Assembly (NCBI GenBank): GCA_963772835.1
Contig: CAVYYZ010000002.1
Location: 256,001-320,000, forward strand
Reading direction: 5' to 3'
Origin: an uncultured delta proteobacterium
Lineage (GTDB): Bacteria > Desulfobacterota > Desulfuromonadia > Geobacterales > Pseudopelobacteraceae
DNA: 64,000 bases
The notes beneath the pieces are model-generated. The model searched no databases. It saw only the letters and a program-made list of their open reading frames with translations, and was not told where the DNA came from. The translations under genes and the position numbers were made by a program. Below, piece after piece: positions 10,495 through 21,029 of this stretch; the first letter of the stretch is position 1, and each line of letters opens with the position of its first letter.

Positions 10495-11322
10495 ATGGCC
10501 GAAAAAGTAAAATTATCCATATCTCCGTCTGTTGCGGCGTACGTGCGGCCTGGCACTCCTCTGGAGACCAGACTTACCGCCTGCTCTGCTGCTGTGGACA
10601 TGGAAATACCCGACCAGCTGATGCTTTTGTTCTGTCTCTCAAAAGATGCAGAACCAGCTGTCCGCGCGGCAGCATTCTCCTGTATTGAGAAGCTGTCCCG
10701 AGACGTAATCATCGCGTATATAAATTCTGCTCATCCACATCCTCTTGTTCTCGATGCCCTGCGTGCTCTCTGCCATAATTTCCCAGAGCCACTCCCGGAT
10801 GTTCACATGTCCGTAATCGAGAATACGGATGTTCGGATAACAGTGGCGGACCAGACCGTCCAGGATACAGAGGCTGAAGAAGAGGACGTCGTTAATGAAG
10901 AAGGCGAGGAATTTCTCAGTAAATATAAAATGGCTCAACTTATGGGCATCGGTGAAAAGATCAAGATGGCGCTTTCAGGAGATAAAGAGTGGCGCTCACT
11001 TCTTGTGAAGGATGCAAACAAGCTGGTTTCAGGCAGTGTCATTAAAAACCCGCGAATCACCGAGGCCGAAATTCTGACGCTTATCAAAGCCGGCATCCAG
11101 AATGATGAGATCATGCGGCTGATCTGTGCCAACAAGGAATGGATAAAGAGCTATAAAATAAGAAAAGCTCTGATCGAGAGCAACCGGACTCTGGTTCAGA
11201 ACTCCACCCGTTATCTGGGCACTATGACTGAAAAGGATCTGGCATATTTTGCAAAAAGCAAAAATATTCCTTCAGTTATATCTACCATGGCAAAACGGCT
11301 TCTGTTAAACAAGAAAAGGTAG
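10495..11322 (+). CDS. Conserved hypothetical alpha-helical repeat protein
   Basis: 275 aa, tightly linked between the SPOR and GTPase genes; HEAT-like DAEPAVRAAA and a conserved-looking C-terminal helical domain (EKIKMAL..KNPRITEAE). Confidence 0.7.
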   Translation: MAEKVKLSISPSVAAYVRPGTPLETRLTACSAAVDMEIPDQLMLLFCLSKDAEPAVRAAAFSCIEKLSRDVIIAYINSAHPHPLVLDALRALCHNFPEPLPDVHMSVIENTDVRITVADQTVQDTEAEEEDVVNEEGEEFLSKYKMAQLMGIGEKIKMALSGDKEWRSLLVKDANKLVSGSVIKNPRITEAEILTLIKAGIQNDEIMRLICANKEWIKSYKIRKALIESNRTLVQNSTRYLGTMTEKDLAYFAKSKNIPSVISTMAKRLLLNKKR

Positions 11323-11336
11323 GTCAGGAGCTCGTC

Positions 11337-12194
11337 ATGGCACTCGTCAACCATGCTAAAAAAGAAATCAACGCAAAAATAGTTTATTACGGAACGGCTG
11401 GCTGCGGCAAAAATACCGCTCTCACGTATATTTATTCTAGAATAAAACCTTCTTTGCGGGGAGATTTACGAAATAGTCCTGCCGGAGAAGACAATCTGCT
11501 GTTCTTTGATTTCAGCCCGTTTGAAACCCCTCTGCCGAACGGGTATCGCGTCCGTCTGCATGTCTACACGCTGACCGGAAAGGTTACCAATCCGGCAACC
11601 TGGAAGATGACCCTCAAAGGAGCAGACGGAATTATGATTATGGTTAATCCGGCTGCTGAGCTCGAAGCTGAAACCGGAGAGGGTGTATCACAATTGCGGG
11701 ATTTTCTGTCTGCATATGGAGTCGGTCTTCACGAGACACCGGCAGTCCTGCAGGTTAACAGCTTTACCATAGGAAATATGCCGGATGAAGGTGCTGGCAT
11801 CGCGACAGCACTTGATCTTACCAACCTGACAACATGTCACTCGAATTCCGCCTGCGGTGACGGGCTGCTTGAGGCTTTGGCGAAACTTTCTCGCCTCGTT
11901 CTTGACCGGATTACGGTGGAGCGGGATCACTGTCAAGCGGACAGCGTACCCGATAACCATCGGCTAGAAACTGAGACGGCAGAAATGGTGTGTGATGAAT
12001 TTTCAGCAGATTCCAATGACATGTCTCACCCTGAAGAGGTACCAAGAGTGGACTTGATCTCACGAGAAGTAGTCTCAGTAGGCAGAACCATTCGCATCCC
12101 GCTGGAAATAACACAGGGCGGCACACTGCGGAGACTGGTTGTATCTGTGTGTGTGGAACTGGAGCAGCCTGCTGAACTGGCACCAGCAGATTAG
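11337..12194 (+). CDS. MglA-family small GTPase-like protein (degenerate) with C-terminal extension
   Basis: EINAKIVYYG..GK, LFFDF, HVYT and LKGADG match MglA; G2, G3 and G4 residues are altered. Confidence 0.8.
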   Translation: MALVNHAKKEINAKIVYYGTAGCGKNTALTYIYSRIKPSLRGDLRNSPAGEDNLLFFDFSPFETPLPNGYRVRLHVYTLTGKVTNPATWKMTLKGADGIMIMVNPAAELEAETGEGVSQLRDFLSAYGVGLHETPAVLQVNSFTIGNMPDEGAGIATALDLTNLTTCHSNSACGDGLLEALAKLSRLVLDRITVERDHCQADSVPDNHRLETETAEMVCDEFSADSNDMSHPEEVPRVDLISREVVSVGRTIRIPLEITQGGTLRRLVVSVCVELEQPAELAPAD

Positions 12195-12306
12195 CACCGG
12201 AACCGGCACGACACAATTGTCGACCACACTATCACGATCAACTTGTACACATAAATTTTACATGCTATAAACGACGTTATTGATCAGTTTTATTGGAGGT
12301 TGAATA

Positions 12307-13137
12307 ATGGCAATTATCACCGTATCGCGTGCAATGGGCACAGGAGCCTATCAGATTGCCCAGGAGGTTGCCCAGAAGCTTAAATACACCCTCATTGACG
12401 GCCCACGGATAAAATCATTGGCAGCCAAATACGGCTTGACTCCGGAAATTCTTCAAATGGTTGATGAAAAGCCACCTTCCTACGTCACGGCAGAGGATCG
12501 CAAGCGCGCAGCAGCACTAAATTCAATTGAATTGATAATTCTTGATCTCGCCCGTAAAGGAAATGTCGTTATTTATGGACGGGGGGGACAGGACTTGCTG
12601 AAAGAGTGCAAAAACATTCTTCGCCTCAGGTTTATAGCTGATTTTGAAGAACGGGTGGAGCGTTTTGCCGAGCGTGAGTGGATTGACCCTGATATGGCCC
12701 GGTCGCTGATCCGTCGCAGTGATCACCAACGGGGCGGTTTCATTCATTTTTATTTTGATCGTGACTGGAATGATCCAAATTATTATGACTTGACTTTTAA
12801 CACCTCCCGTCTTTCGCAGTCTACGATTGTTGACTGTATTATCACAACGATCAAAGAGCCAGCAATTAAAGAGTCTGATAAATCAGCCGCCGCCGTCATT
12901 GACAGCGTAATACTGTCAAAGAAGATCGATACAGCGCTTCTGAACGCCGCTGTTTTGGAAGACTACCGACCTTTTTCAATTTCAAGTGACAAGGGTGTTG
13001 TGTCTATCAGCGGCTATATCGTTTCTGAGGAGCAGAAAAAAGCGGCAATTGCGATTATAAAATCAGTCAAAGGAGTAACCTCGATTAAAGAGGATATTCA
13101 TGTTGTAGATTACAAGGCCTACAAAGAAAAGATGTAA
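12307..13137 (+). CDS. Cytidylate kinase-like family protein with C-terminal BON domain
   Basis: IITVSRAMGTG, VVIYGRGG and YDLTFNT (Cytidylate_kin2-like); GVVSISG...VKGVTSI (BON). Confidence 0.8.
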   Translation: MAIITVSRAMGTGAYQIAQEVAQKLKYTLIDGPRIKSLAAKYGLTPEILQMVDEKPPSYVTAEDRKRAAALNSIELIILDLARKGNVVIYGRGGQDLLKECKNILRLRFIADFEERVERFAEREWIDPDMARSLIRRSDHQRGGFIHFYFDRDWNDPNYYDLTFNTSRLSQSTIVDCIITTIKEPAIKESDKSAAAVIDSVILSKKIDTALLNAAVLEDYRPFSISSDKGVVSISGYIVSEEQKKAAIAIIKSVKGVTSIKEDIHVVDYKAYKEKM

Positions 13138-13141
13138 CTGC

Positions 13142-13996
13142 TTAATTTCTTAAATTATTTAATCGCTCATATATCGGGGCGAGAAGCGCGCTGTCAAAGT
13201 GCATACCTTCTCGCCCCCTTCCAATTTCAAGCCCCCCTTCGATCCCATGAAAATCCGAACCGGCCGTCACCAAAAGTCCTCGCTCCTCTGCGATGCGCCG
13301 CAGAAATTCGATCTCAAGCGGCCATCCCATATTATTATAGACCTCGATGCCGTCAAGCCCTGACTGATGAAGAGCGTATATGACCGGACCGAGCGTAGAC
13401 GTGTCTTTAGTAATGCTGGTCGGGTGGGCAAGTACGGCCACTCCCCCTATGCGATGAATTTCAGCAATCGCATCATCCATCGGCCAGTAGCTTTTGGGAA
13501 TATTACAGGGGACAAGATAGCGCCGAAACGCATCTTCGACAGAGTCGGCGTATCCCCGTTCCAGCAATGCCCGGGCAATATGCGGGCGCCCGACGGCATC
13601 CCGGGCATAAACCAGCACATCCTGAAGGTCCAAAGGGCATCGACCTTCCGCCAGTAACAGGTTATTCACGCGTTCGAGGATCTCGTTGTTACGTCCTTCA
13701 CGACGTTGCCTGAAGCCTTCGAGGTTCTGCAGAAATCTTTCGTCGTCACAGTCGATGCCATACCCAAGCAGATGAACATCCTGCCACTCTTTAAACTGCA
13801 CAGAAAGTTCAACGGCAGAAATAACTTCAATGTTGGCGGCAACGCCGGCTGATGCCGCCTCCGCAACGCCGGCTACCGAATCGTGGTCAGCAATGGCAAT
13901 GACGCGCACATCAAGTTGGTCGGCCAGTCCGACAAGTTCTGAGGGAGTAAAAGCTCCGTCGGAAAAACTGGAGTGTAAATGCAGGTCGATTTTCAT
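13142..13996 (-). CDS. PHP-domain phosphoesterase
   Basis: DLHLHS.FSDG, IADHD, GRPH, LAHP and GSDFHG motifs; start moved to MKIDLH. Confidence 0.9.
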   Translation of the reverse strand: MKIDLHLHSSFSDGAFTPSELVGLADQLDVRVIAIADHDSVAGVAEAASAGVAANIEVISAVELSVQFKEWQDVHLLGYGIDCDDERFLQNLEGFRQRREGRNNEILERVNNLLLAEGRCPLDLQDVLVYARDAVGRPHIARALLERGYADSVEDAFRRYLVPCNIPKSYWPMDDAIAEIHRIGGVAVLAHPTSITKDTSTLGPVIYALHQSGLDGIEVYNNMGWPLEIEFLRRIAEERGLLVTAGSDFHGIEGGLEIGRGREGMHFDSALLAPIYERLNNLRN

Positions 13997-14003
13997 GATG
14001 CCT

Positions 14004-14068
14004 ATACTAGCCCGCCGTGAGATAAAAGTAAAACCGCTATTGCAGAGAAACCCCGCATAGGGTAGAAT
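14004..14068. promoter_or_regulatory. Back-to-back divergent sigma70 promoters (PHP gene and nth)
   Basis: Minus: TTTACT-17-TAGTAT, then 7 nt to ATG 13996. Plus: TTGCAG (14040)-17-TAGAAT (14063-14068), then 7 nt to ATG 14076. Confidence 0.6.
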
Positions 14069-14075
14069 TCTGACA

Positions 14076-14732
14076 ATGAAACCCGCTGAAATACATATTG
14101 TTATCGCGACATTGCGAGAGGAATATAAACACTGGAAGACTCCGGCAGTAACTATCGTTGCCCAGTGTAACGGCAGTCCATTCAAGGTCCTGATTTCCTG
14201 TATCATCTCGTTACGTACGAAAGATGAAGTTACGGCCCTGGCTTCTGCACGGATTTTTGCGCGGGCAGAGACTCCTGAAACAGTAGCAGGACTACCGGTG
14301 GAGGAGATATCACAACTGATCTACCCGGCCGGTTTTTACCGTACCAAAGCGTTACAAATCGCCATGTTATCCCGCAGGCTGGTAGAAGAGCATCATGGAA
14401 CCGTACCGGACACCATTGATGAACTGCTTGAATTTAAGGGTGTCGGGCGTAAAACCGCCAATCTTGTCATGACTCTTGGCTTTGGCAGACCGGGGATTTG
14501 TGTCGATACCCACGTCCACCGGATTTGTAACCGCCTCGGTTATGTTTCAACCAATAAACCGGATGACACCGAAAAGGTGTTACGGGGTCAGCTCCCGCCA
14601 GAATACTGGATCGAGATAAACGACCTGCTAGTTGCATTCGGGCAGAATCATTGCCACCCGGTTTCGCCGCGTTGTTCGAACTGCAGATTATCTGAAATAT
14701 GTAGCCGGGTCGGTGTCACCGGGTCCCGCTGA
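14076..14732 (+). CDS. nth: Endonuclease III
   Basis: HhH motif GVGRKTA, VDTHVHR, and the Fe-S motif CHPVSPRCSNC...C. Confidence 0.93.
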   Translation: MKPAEIHIVIATLREEYKHWKTPAVTIVAQCNGSPFKVLISCIISLRTKDEVTALASARIFARAETPETVAGLPVEEISQLIYPAGFYRTKALQIAMLSRRLVEEHHGTVPDTIDELLEFKGVGRKTANLVMTLGFGRPGICVDTHVHRICNRLGYVSTNKPDDTEKVLRGQLPPEYWIEINDLLVAFGQNHCHPVSPRCSNCRLSEICSRVGVTGSR

Positions 14733-14841
14733 GGCAAAACAGACAAAATATCGTATCATTGTATTTGATCATTGCCAGTTGATAAAAACTCATATAAATT
14801 GAAACATTATTTTTAATTCAACCGCCTCCAGGAGGTATTGC

Positions 14842-15708
14842 ATGTTGCATAAAATCGGTTTTATCGGGCTTGGTACTGTTGGACGCCATATGGCTGCCAA
14901 CCTGATCAGGGGGAATTATGAACTGACCGTATTTGATACCGAACTTGCGGTCGTACAGGAATTGGTTGCGGCGGGTGCCAAGCCGGCTTCTTCTGCACTC
15001 GAAGCAGCGAAGGGGCGTGACCTTGTAATTGCAATCGTTCCCGAAGGTGATGAACTGGGGGCTCTTTTTTTTGGCGACAAAGGCATTCTGGCCGGAATAG
15101 ACAGCGGAACAATCCTCGCCGATATGGGGTCTCATTCTCTTGAAACCACGATGAAAATGTCAGAAGAATGCATTCGGAAAAACGTTTCGTACCTGGATGC
15201 TCCGGTGTGGGGCAGCAAGGACCACGCTGTTAACGGACTCATGACAATAATCACAGCAGGTGATCCGTCTTTGGCCGGGAAATGCCGTGAACCGTTTTCT
15301 TTTTTCGGACTTAATACGATCCACGTCGGCCAGATCGGCGATGCCACCAAAATGAAATTTATCGTTAATATGGTCCAGGCCGAATTGGTACAGGTGCTTG
15401 CAGAGGGCCTTGTGTTTGGCGAAAAAATGGGATTTAACGCCGATAAAATTCTGGAAGTACTCGATACTAGGGGTGTCGCATCACCACTGTTCCATCAGAA
15501 GGGGCGCGCGATGGCCCGTGATGACTTTCCTCGCAGCCTGGCCCTCAAATATGTCAATGACCAACTGCATATTGTCCTGAATGCAGCCCGGCTCGTCGGC
15601 ATGACCCTGCCGGCAGCTGAATCGGCCAGCAAGGTGTACCAGGCGGGAGTTGATGCCGGCTATGGAGAAGAGGATTACTCAGCGGTCATAAAAGTTCTGC
15701 GTAAGTAG
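14842..15708 (+). CDS. NAD(P)-dependent oxidoreductase, 3-hydroxyisobutyrate/tartronate-semialdehyde dehydrogenase family
   Basis: IGFIGLGTVG Rossmann motif, LDAPV.G, K..N catalytic motif; AGGAGG SD. Confidence 0.85.
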   Translation: MLHKIGFIGLGTVGRHMAANLIRGNYELTVFDTELAVVQELVAAGAKPASSALEAAKGRDLVIAIVPEGDELGALFFGDKGILAGIDSGTILADMGSHSLETTMKMSEECIRKNVSYLDAPVWGSKDHAVNGLMTIITAGDPSLAGKCREPFSFFGLNTIHVGQIGDATKMKFIVNMVQAELVQVLAEGLVFGEKMGFNADKILEVLDTRGVASPLFHQKGRAMARDDFPRSLALKYVNDQLHIVLNAARLVGMTLPAAESASKVYQAGVDAGYGEEDYSAVIKVLRK

Positions 15709-15732
15709 GAGCCTAACGGAAAGTATCCTCAT

Positions 15733-15763
15733 CAGGCGTCCAGAGTACTGGACGCCTGTTTTT
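15733..15763 (+). terminator. Intrinsic terminator
   Basis: CAGGCGTCCAG-N4-CTGGACGCCTG followed by TTTTT. Confidence 0.8.
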
Positions 15764-15814
15764 ATTAGTGGCGAATAGACCTATTTATTGCAGTCAGGGT
15801 AAAGGAATAATTCC

Positions 15815-16345
15815 ATGATTGTCCTTGGCATAGATCCCGGTTCACGCATTACAGGATACGGCATCGTAGAAAAAGTGGGTAATCGCCTGGTTCACATTGA
15901 CAATGGCGCCATTTTTACTGATACAGCCGCCGATTTTCCAGGACGGTTGAAAAAGATATATGATGGACTTACGGAAATTATCTCACGGTATCGGCCGGAT
16001 CAGGCTGCCATTGAAAATATTTTTTTTTCAAACAATCCCCAGAGCGCACTCAAGCTTGGGCAGGCTCGTGGTGCCGCCATTGTTGCGGCGGTTAATTGCG
16101 GGCTCCCCGTATCCGAATACACCGCCCTGCAGGTCAAACAGGCCGTAGTGGGACAGGGGCGGGCAGAAAAAGAGCAGGTACAGAAGATGCTCAAGGCATT
16201 GCTCGGATTGCCTGAAATCGCACAGGCAGATGCATCTGACGCTCTTGCAGTGGCGGTCTGCCATATCAATTCCCATGCACTTCTTCAGCAAGCAGGCCCT
16301 GCTGCCCCGAAACGACAGACTTCCTGGAGGAATTACAAACCATGA
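15815..16345 (+). CDS. ruvC: Holliday junction resolvase
   Basis: LGIDPG, AIE.IF, LGQARG and DASDALAVA motifs. Confidence 0.96.
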   Translation: MIVLGIDPGSRITGYGIVEKVGNRLVHIDNGAIFTDTAADFPGRLKKIYDGLTEIISRYRPDQAAIENIFFSNNPQSALKLGQARGAAIVAAVNCGLPVSEYTALQVKQAVVGQGRAEKEQVQKMLKALLGLPEIAQADASDALAVAVCHINSHALLQQAGPAAPKRQTSWRNYKP

Positions 16346-16938
16346 TCGCATTACTGACCGGAAAAATCGCTCATAAATCGCCCGACCATATTATCGTTGA
16401 TGTTAACGGGGTAGGCTATCGTGTCATGATACCGTTTTCCACCTATTACGAACTGCCCGAGGATGGCGAGGTGACACTGCATATCCATACCAGCGTGCGC
16501 GAAGATGCCATTCAGCTGTATGGCTTCCGTACCAGGCTGGAAAAGACATTCTTTCAACTGCTCATTTCCGTGTCCGGTGTCGGACCCAAACTGGCCCGCG
16601 ACATTCTTTCAAACATCCAGCCGGTTGCATTGGCACAGGCACTTGGCACAAGTGATATACTCAAGCTTTCTTCCATCCCCGGAATCGGCAAGAAGACTGC
16701 GGAACGCCTGACTCTCGAGCTGAAGGACAAAATCGGCACGTTGGATATCTCTTCTCTGCCACAGACGGACGCCCGCAGCATCCCGAATGTAGATATTATA
16801 GATGATGTGATTTCGGCTCTGATTAACCTGGGGTATAAAGAACAGCAGGTAAGAAAGGCGTTGGGAGGATTGGATGCCAGTGGTGGTGCAGGAGTTGAGG
16901 ATCTGTTGAAGCAGGCGCTGAAGATTTTGATGAAGTAA
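16342..16938 (+). CDS. ruvA: Holliday junction branch migration protein
   Basis: [30 protein letters not shown] and ALINLGY motifs; 4-nt overlap with ruvC. Confidence 0.96.
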   Translation: MIALLTGKIAHKSPDHIIVDVNGVGYRVMIPFSTYYELPEDGEVTLHIHTSVREDAIQLYGFRTRLEKTFFQLLISVSGVGPKLARDILSNIQPVALAQALGTSDILKLSSIPGIGKKTAERLTLELKDKIGTLDISSLPQTDARSIPNVDIIDDVISALINLGYKEQQVRKALGGLDASGGAGVEDLLKQALKILMK

Positions 16939-17013
16939 GGATAAGAATGCTTGGCCAACCCTGTGGCATCCCGGTTGCACCATTATCGACAGATATACCG
17001 TGCCATCCTCATT

Positions 17014-17433
17014 TCAGCGCCACCCGAGCGATTGGAACCCTTTTTCCCGGAGACACTGTTCGACAAATTTTTTGAAAATCGGATCCGGTTCGTCCGAGCG
17101 TATAATACCGGAGCCCAGCGCTGCGGTGGCGGCACCGGCACCGCCAATAATCGCGCCCTGCCGGAGATTGCCGGTAATGGCTCCAATCACCCCCCCTGTG
17201 GCCGTCCCGACAACGGCGGCCTTGCCGGTGTCCTTGGCAACGTCTCTGGACCTATTACCACCAGCCTGGTACTCAGTAGCCAAACGAAAGCAGTCGTCGA
17301 CGGCCTGGTTCGCCATCTCATTTCCAACTGCCTTTAAATGCTCGTTCGGATAGAGAACCGGGCGCTTGGCCCCGCAGCCACTAATAATCAGCGTATAGAC
17401 AAGCAACAGACATCCGATGATGATATTACGCAT
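17014..17433 (-). CDS. Glycine-zipper lipoprotein
   Basis: GGAGG SD before MRNIIIG, lipobox ISGC, Gly-zipper (GTATGGVIGA..GAIIGGAGAA), C-terminal CLREKG. Confidence 0.8.
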   Translation of the reverse strand: MRNIIIGCLLLVYTLIISGCGAKRPVLYPNEHLKAVGNEMANQAVDDCFRLATEYQAGGNRSRDVAKDTGKAAVVGTATGGVIGAITGNLRQGAIIGGAGAATAALGSGIIRSDEPDPIFKKFVEQCLREKGFQSLGWR

Positions 17434-17662
17434 CAGGTTCCCTCCTTGACATACCTCCGAATTATATCTGATATTAAAACTTCTGCAAAGTTTTGCACTC
17501 ACGAGCGATCTTATCGCCACGCCACTAAATGTATGTACTCAAGTAACATCAAAATTAAAATGATATTTTCAGGTGTTATGAAGAGAACTCCCGAATGGGA
17601 TTTGGCAATGGTTCACTCCGGCCCCGACGCAGTGGTGATATGAGCTATGTAACGGTTCCGTC

Positions 17663-17702
17663 AAAAACAAAAAAGGGATTACAGAATGAACTGTAACCCC
17701 TT
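17663..17702 (-). terminator. Terminator downstream of tRNA-Pro
   Basis: Minus strand AAGGGGTTACAG-N6-CTGTAATCCCTT followed by a U-tract. Confidence 0.75.
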
Positions 17703-17710
17703 GAAATGTC

Positions 17711-17787
17711 TGGTCGGTGAGACTGGAATCGAACCAGCGACCCCCTGCTCCCAAGGCAGGTGCGCTACCAGGCTGCGCTACTCACCG
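17711..17787 (-). tRNA. tRNA-Pro(TGG)
   Basis: CGGTGAGTAGCGCAGCCTGGTAGCGCACCTGCCTTGGGAGCAGGGGGTCGCTGGTTCGATTCCAGTCTCACCGACCA; cloverleaf with encoded CCA; TTGCGT-17-TATACA promoter upstream. Confidence 0.97.
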
Positions 17788-17851
17788 ACGAAAGAATGAC
17801 TGTATATCATGACAGGTCATGTTACGCAAGATATTAATTGCCTGACCGTCA

Positions 17852-19123
17852 TCATTTTTGGTTTACTGAAGCGCGCCACTCCTGTACCAGGGAATCATAG
17901 TTCAAATTATAGTCTTTAAGAGCTACCGTAATCGATTCATCAAAGGAAAGCCCGGACCCCAGACCCGTCAGGATCTGCCTGATCCGGTGCCACCCGTACG
18001 TTGCAACCATGTAGTCGACCAATGCATAACTCTGTTCGTACGCCATCGCCGCATCTGAGGGGGACAAATTGCTGAAATCGCCCTCAAGTTTTCTGAAATC
18101 TGCCAGTGCCCCTGTACGTGCAGTGCGCCCGGAATCCTGCACATGGCGGGTATACTGCATTCGGCCGAAAATTTCGGCAATCCCCTCATTCAGCCAAAGC
18201 GGGCAGTTCCCACGCGTCAACTCGAAGACAACCACATGGGCATACTCATGATAAAGAACACCCCTGATAGCTGGAGTAACATCGTGCAGTGCGCCAAATG
18301 GAAGTCGTATTTTGCCGTCATAGAATCCTCCCGACCAATCGGGAGAATCGGTAACCGTTTTATAATCAGTGCGCTTATAAATGCCAACCGGTATCCGGGA
18401 TTCCGGAAACAGTCCAAGTTCAGCGCCAATCAGATTAGTGGCCGCTTCCAGCACGTCGAGTATCGCACGTGCAAAGGAAGCATCAACTCCGGAATCGTAG
18501 GTGAGATCAAATCGGGAGCTATGACCACGATCCATGACTGACTCAACGGCATTTTCCTTGCGGGATTTTGCGAGAAGGTCGACAATTTCCTTGCGCCCCG
18601 GAGAGAGCGTGAGAGCCTGCTCCCATATTTCAATCGCCTCCGGTCGATGGTCAGTCTCAAACTGGACAAGCCCGAGATAGTAGAGGACCTCGACTGAATC
18701 CTGCTTGATGGACCTCGCCCGCTCAAGTTCATATCGCGCCACGTCATATTTTTTTAAATGGTAGTTACAGATACCTCGCAACAGGGCATATGCAGCTTCC
18801 TCAGGATAGAGCTCAAGGGCCTTGATAAAGTTTTCATCGGCCTGTTCATAGCGCTTCATCATGTAATGCTGGTGACCAAAAGCAGCATACCCTTCAGCCA
18901 GGTTTCGTTTGAGGGTCGTGTTAAGGGGGAATAACAGATACGCTTCCCGCAGTTGCACAATTCCTTTTTCATATTCTCCGCGCATCAGCAGCTCACGGCC
19001 ATAGCCGCTTCGCATGACCGGGTCACTGTCAATCGTCTCTGCGGAAGCAGTGGACAACATCAGCATTACGATGCAGAAGACAGTGCAGAGATATCTAAGA
19101 ATATACCGGGGGTAAATTGTCAT
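17852..19123 (-). CDS. Secreted TPR-repeat protein with C-terminal peptidase MA-like metallopeptidase domain
   Basis: Signal-like N-terminus (..TASA), TPRs, and the gluzincin motif HEYAH...[10 protein letters not shown]; 4-nt overlap with dxs. Confidence 0.82.
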   Translation of the reverse strand: MTIYPRYILRYLCTVFCIVMLMLSTASAETIDSDPVMRSGYGRELLMRGEYEKGIVQLREAYLLFPLNTTLKRNLAEGYAAFGHQHYMMKRYEQADENFIKALELYPEEAAYALLRGICNYHLKKYDVARYELERARSIKQDSVEVLYYLGLVQFETDHRPEAIEIWEQALTLSPGRKEIVDLLAKSRKENAVESVMDRGHSSRFDLTYDSGVDASFARAILDVLEAATNLIGAELGLFPESRIPVGIYKRTDYKTVTDSPDWSGGFYDGKIRLPFGALHDVTPAIRGVLYHEYAHVVVFELTRGNCPLWLNEGIAEIFGRMQYTRHVQDSGRTARTGALADFRKLEGDFSNLSPSDAAMAYEQSYALVDYMVATYGWHRIRQILTGLGSGLSFDESITVALKDYNLNYDSLVQEWRASVNQK

Positions 19124-20994
19124 TGAATCGCAAGAAAGGTTCGAATTGACGCCGCAATCCCGGCGCTGTCCAGTCCCAGCATGGCGCGCAGTTCGTGTTG
19201 TTCACCCTGGGGTATATAGGTATCGGGATAGCCGAGACGCAGCACCCTCGTCCCGTTAAGACCGCGCTGTTCAAGCAGTTCCAGAACCGCACTTCCAAAA
19301 CCTCCCTGAACGACATTTTCCTCAATTGTTATCAGGATACCGTATTTCTCTGCCAGCTGAACGATCATCTCTTCATCAAGCGGTTTCACGAACCTGGCAT
19401 TTACAACCGTCAAGGCGACACCTTCTGCGTTGAGAGTATCTGCTGCTGCCAAAGCCGGGTAAACCATCGTACCGAGGGCAAAAAGTGCGGCAGCGGCACC
19501 TTCACGAAGAAGTTCGGCGCGGCCGATCGGTAGTTCTGTCAGTGATTGATCCAACGCCACTCCGTATCCGTTCCCGCGAGGATAACGGATCGCAGCGGGA
19601 CTTCCGAGACTGATGGCGGTTGCCAGCATATGCTGCAGCTCGTTTTCATCTTTGGGAGCCATCAGAGTCAGATTGGGAAGATGCCGCAGATAGGAAAGAT
19701 CAAAGGCTCCATGATGAGTCGGTCCGTCACTCCCGACAACCCCGCCGCGATCGATGGCAAAAGTGACCGGAAGGTTCTGCAGACAGACGTCATGGCACAC
19801 CTGATCGTATGCTCGCTGTAAAAAGCTGGAGTAGACGGCAAAAACCGGGCGATACCCACCTGCCGCCAAACCGGCGGCAAACGTGACAGCGTGCTGCTCG
19901 GCAATGCCGACATCAAAAAAGCGGTCTGGAAACTCTTTGGAGAACCTGGAAAGGCCCGTACCGTCCGGCATGGCTGCCGTTATGGCGGTAATTCTCTCAT
20001 CCTCAGAGGCCAATTTGCAGAGCGCTTCCCCAAAAACTGCCGTATATGAGGCTGCGCCACCCTTCCCTTTATGTACTTTGCCGGTCTCAATCTCAAACGG
20101 GCCGACACCATGATACAGCGATGGATTATCTTCAGCAGGCTTATACCCCATACCTTTCTTCGTGAGAACATGAATGAGAACAGAGTTATCGAATTTTTTA
20201 ACATTTTCAAGTGTCTCGATCAGCGCCGGTAGATCGTGCCCATCTACCGGTCCGATGTACTCGAAGCCGAATGCTTCGAAAAGCATGCCGGGCGTAAACA
20301 ATCCTTTGAATGACTCCTCCATCTTGCGGGCCATATGGAGAACGCCTTTACCCATCTCCAGTCTTTTGAGAAATGATTCGGTACTTTTTTTGAAGCGATG
20401 GACAAATTCGCTTGAAGCTGTGCGGGTCAGAAAAGTTGAGAGTGCACCGACATTTTCAGCTATCGACATTTCATTATCGTTCAGGACAACGATCATGTCC
20501 TTATTGAGATGACCGGCGTGGTTGATCCCCTCATAGGCGATACCACCGGTCATGGATCCATCTCCGATAATTGCCAGAACCTTACCTTTGCGACCGTCCA
20601 GATCCCTGGCAACGGCAAAGCCGGTAGCGGCGGAGATCGAGGTGGATGAATGGCCGGCGTCGAACTGGTCATGCGGTGACTCATGGCGCTTGGGAAATCC
20701 GCTGATTCCATTCAGGGCGCGGAGCGTATCGAAATTATCACGCCGTCCGGTCAGCAGCTTGTGCGCGTACGCCTGATGTCCCACATCCCAGATAATCTTA
20801 TCAAAAGGAGTAGTAAAAACCCGATGCAGAGCGACTGTTAATTCCACAACCCCGAGAGACGGGGCCAGATGTCCGCCATTAGCGGCGCAGGTTTCGATAA
20901 TGACCTGCCTCAGATCTGCAGCAAGCTCAGGGAGCCGGGAAGCAGGAAGACGCTTGAGATCTTCCGGTGAATGTATTGAATCGAGAATCGACAT
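19120..20994 (-). CDS. dxs: 1-deoxy-D-xylulose-5-phosphate synthase
   Basis: [39 protein letters not shown] and IRYPRG motifs. Confidence 0.98.
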   Translation of the reverse strand: MSILDSIHSPEDLKRLPASRLPELAADLRQVIIETCAANGGHLAPSLGVVELTVALHRVFTTPFDKIIWDVGHQAYAHKLLTGRRDNFDTLRALNGISGFPKRHESPHDQFDAGHSSTSISAATGFAVARDLDGRKGKVLAIIGDGSMTGGIAYEGINHAGHLNKDMIVVLNDNEMSIAENVGALSTFLTRTASSEFVHRFKKSTESFLKRLEMGKGVLHMARKMEESFKGLFTPGMLFEAFGFEYIGPVDGHDLPALIETLENVKKFDNSVLIHVLTKKGMGYKPAEDNPSLYHGVGPFEIETGKVHKGKGGAASYTAVFGEALCKLASEDERITAITAAMPDGTGLSRFSKEFPDRFFDVGIAEQHAVTFAAGLAAGGYRPVFAVYSSFLQRAYDQVCHDVCLQNLPVTFAIDRGGVVGSDGPTHHGAFDLSYLRHLPNLTLMAPKDENELQHMLATAISLGSPAAIRYPRGNGYGVALDQSLTELPIGRAELLREGAAAALFALGTMVYPALAAADTLNAEGVALTVVNARFVKPLDEEMIVQLAEKYGILITIEENVVQGGFGSAVLELLEQRGLNGTRVLRLGYPDTYIPQGEQHELRAMLGLDSAGIAASIRTFLAIQ

Positions 20995-21029
20995 AAGCAC
21001 GCCAGTCTATGTTCAAAATTGAAATAGTA

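Noticed and set aside
13997..14206. N-terminal extension of the PHP ORF given in the ORF track
   Set aside because: Overlaps nth on the other strand; the domain begins at MKIDLH (13996).
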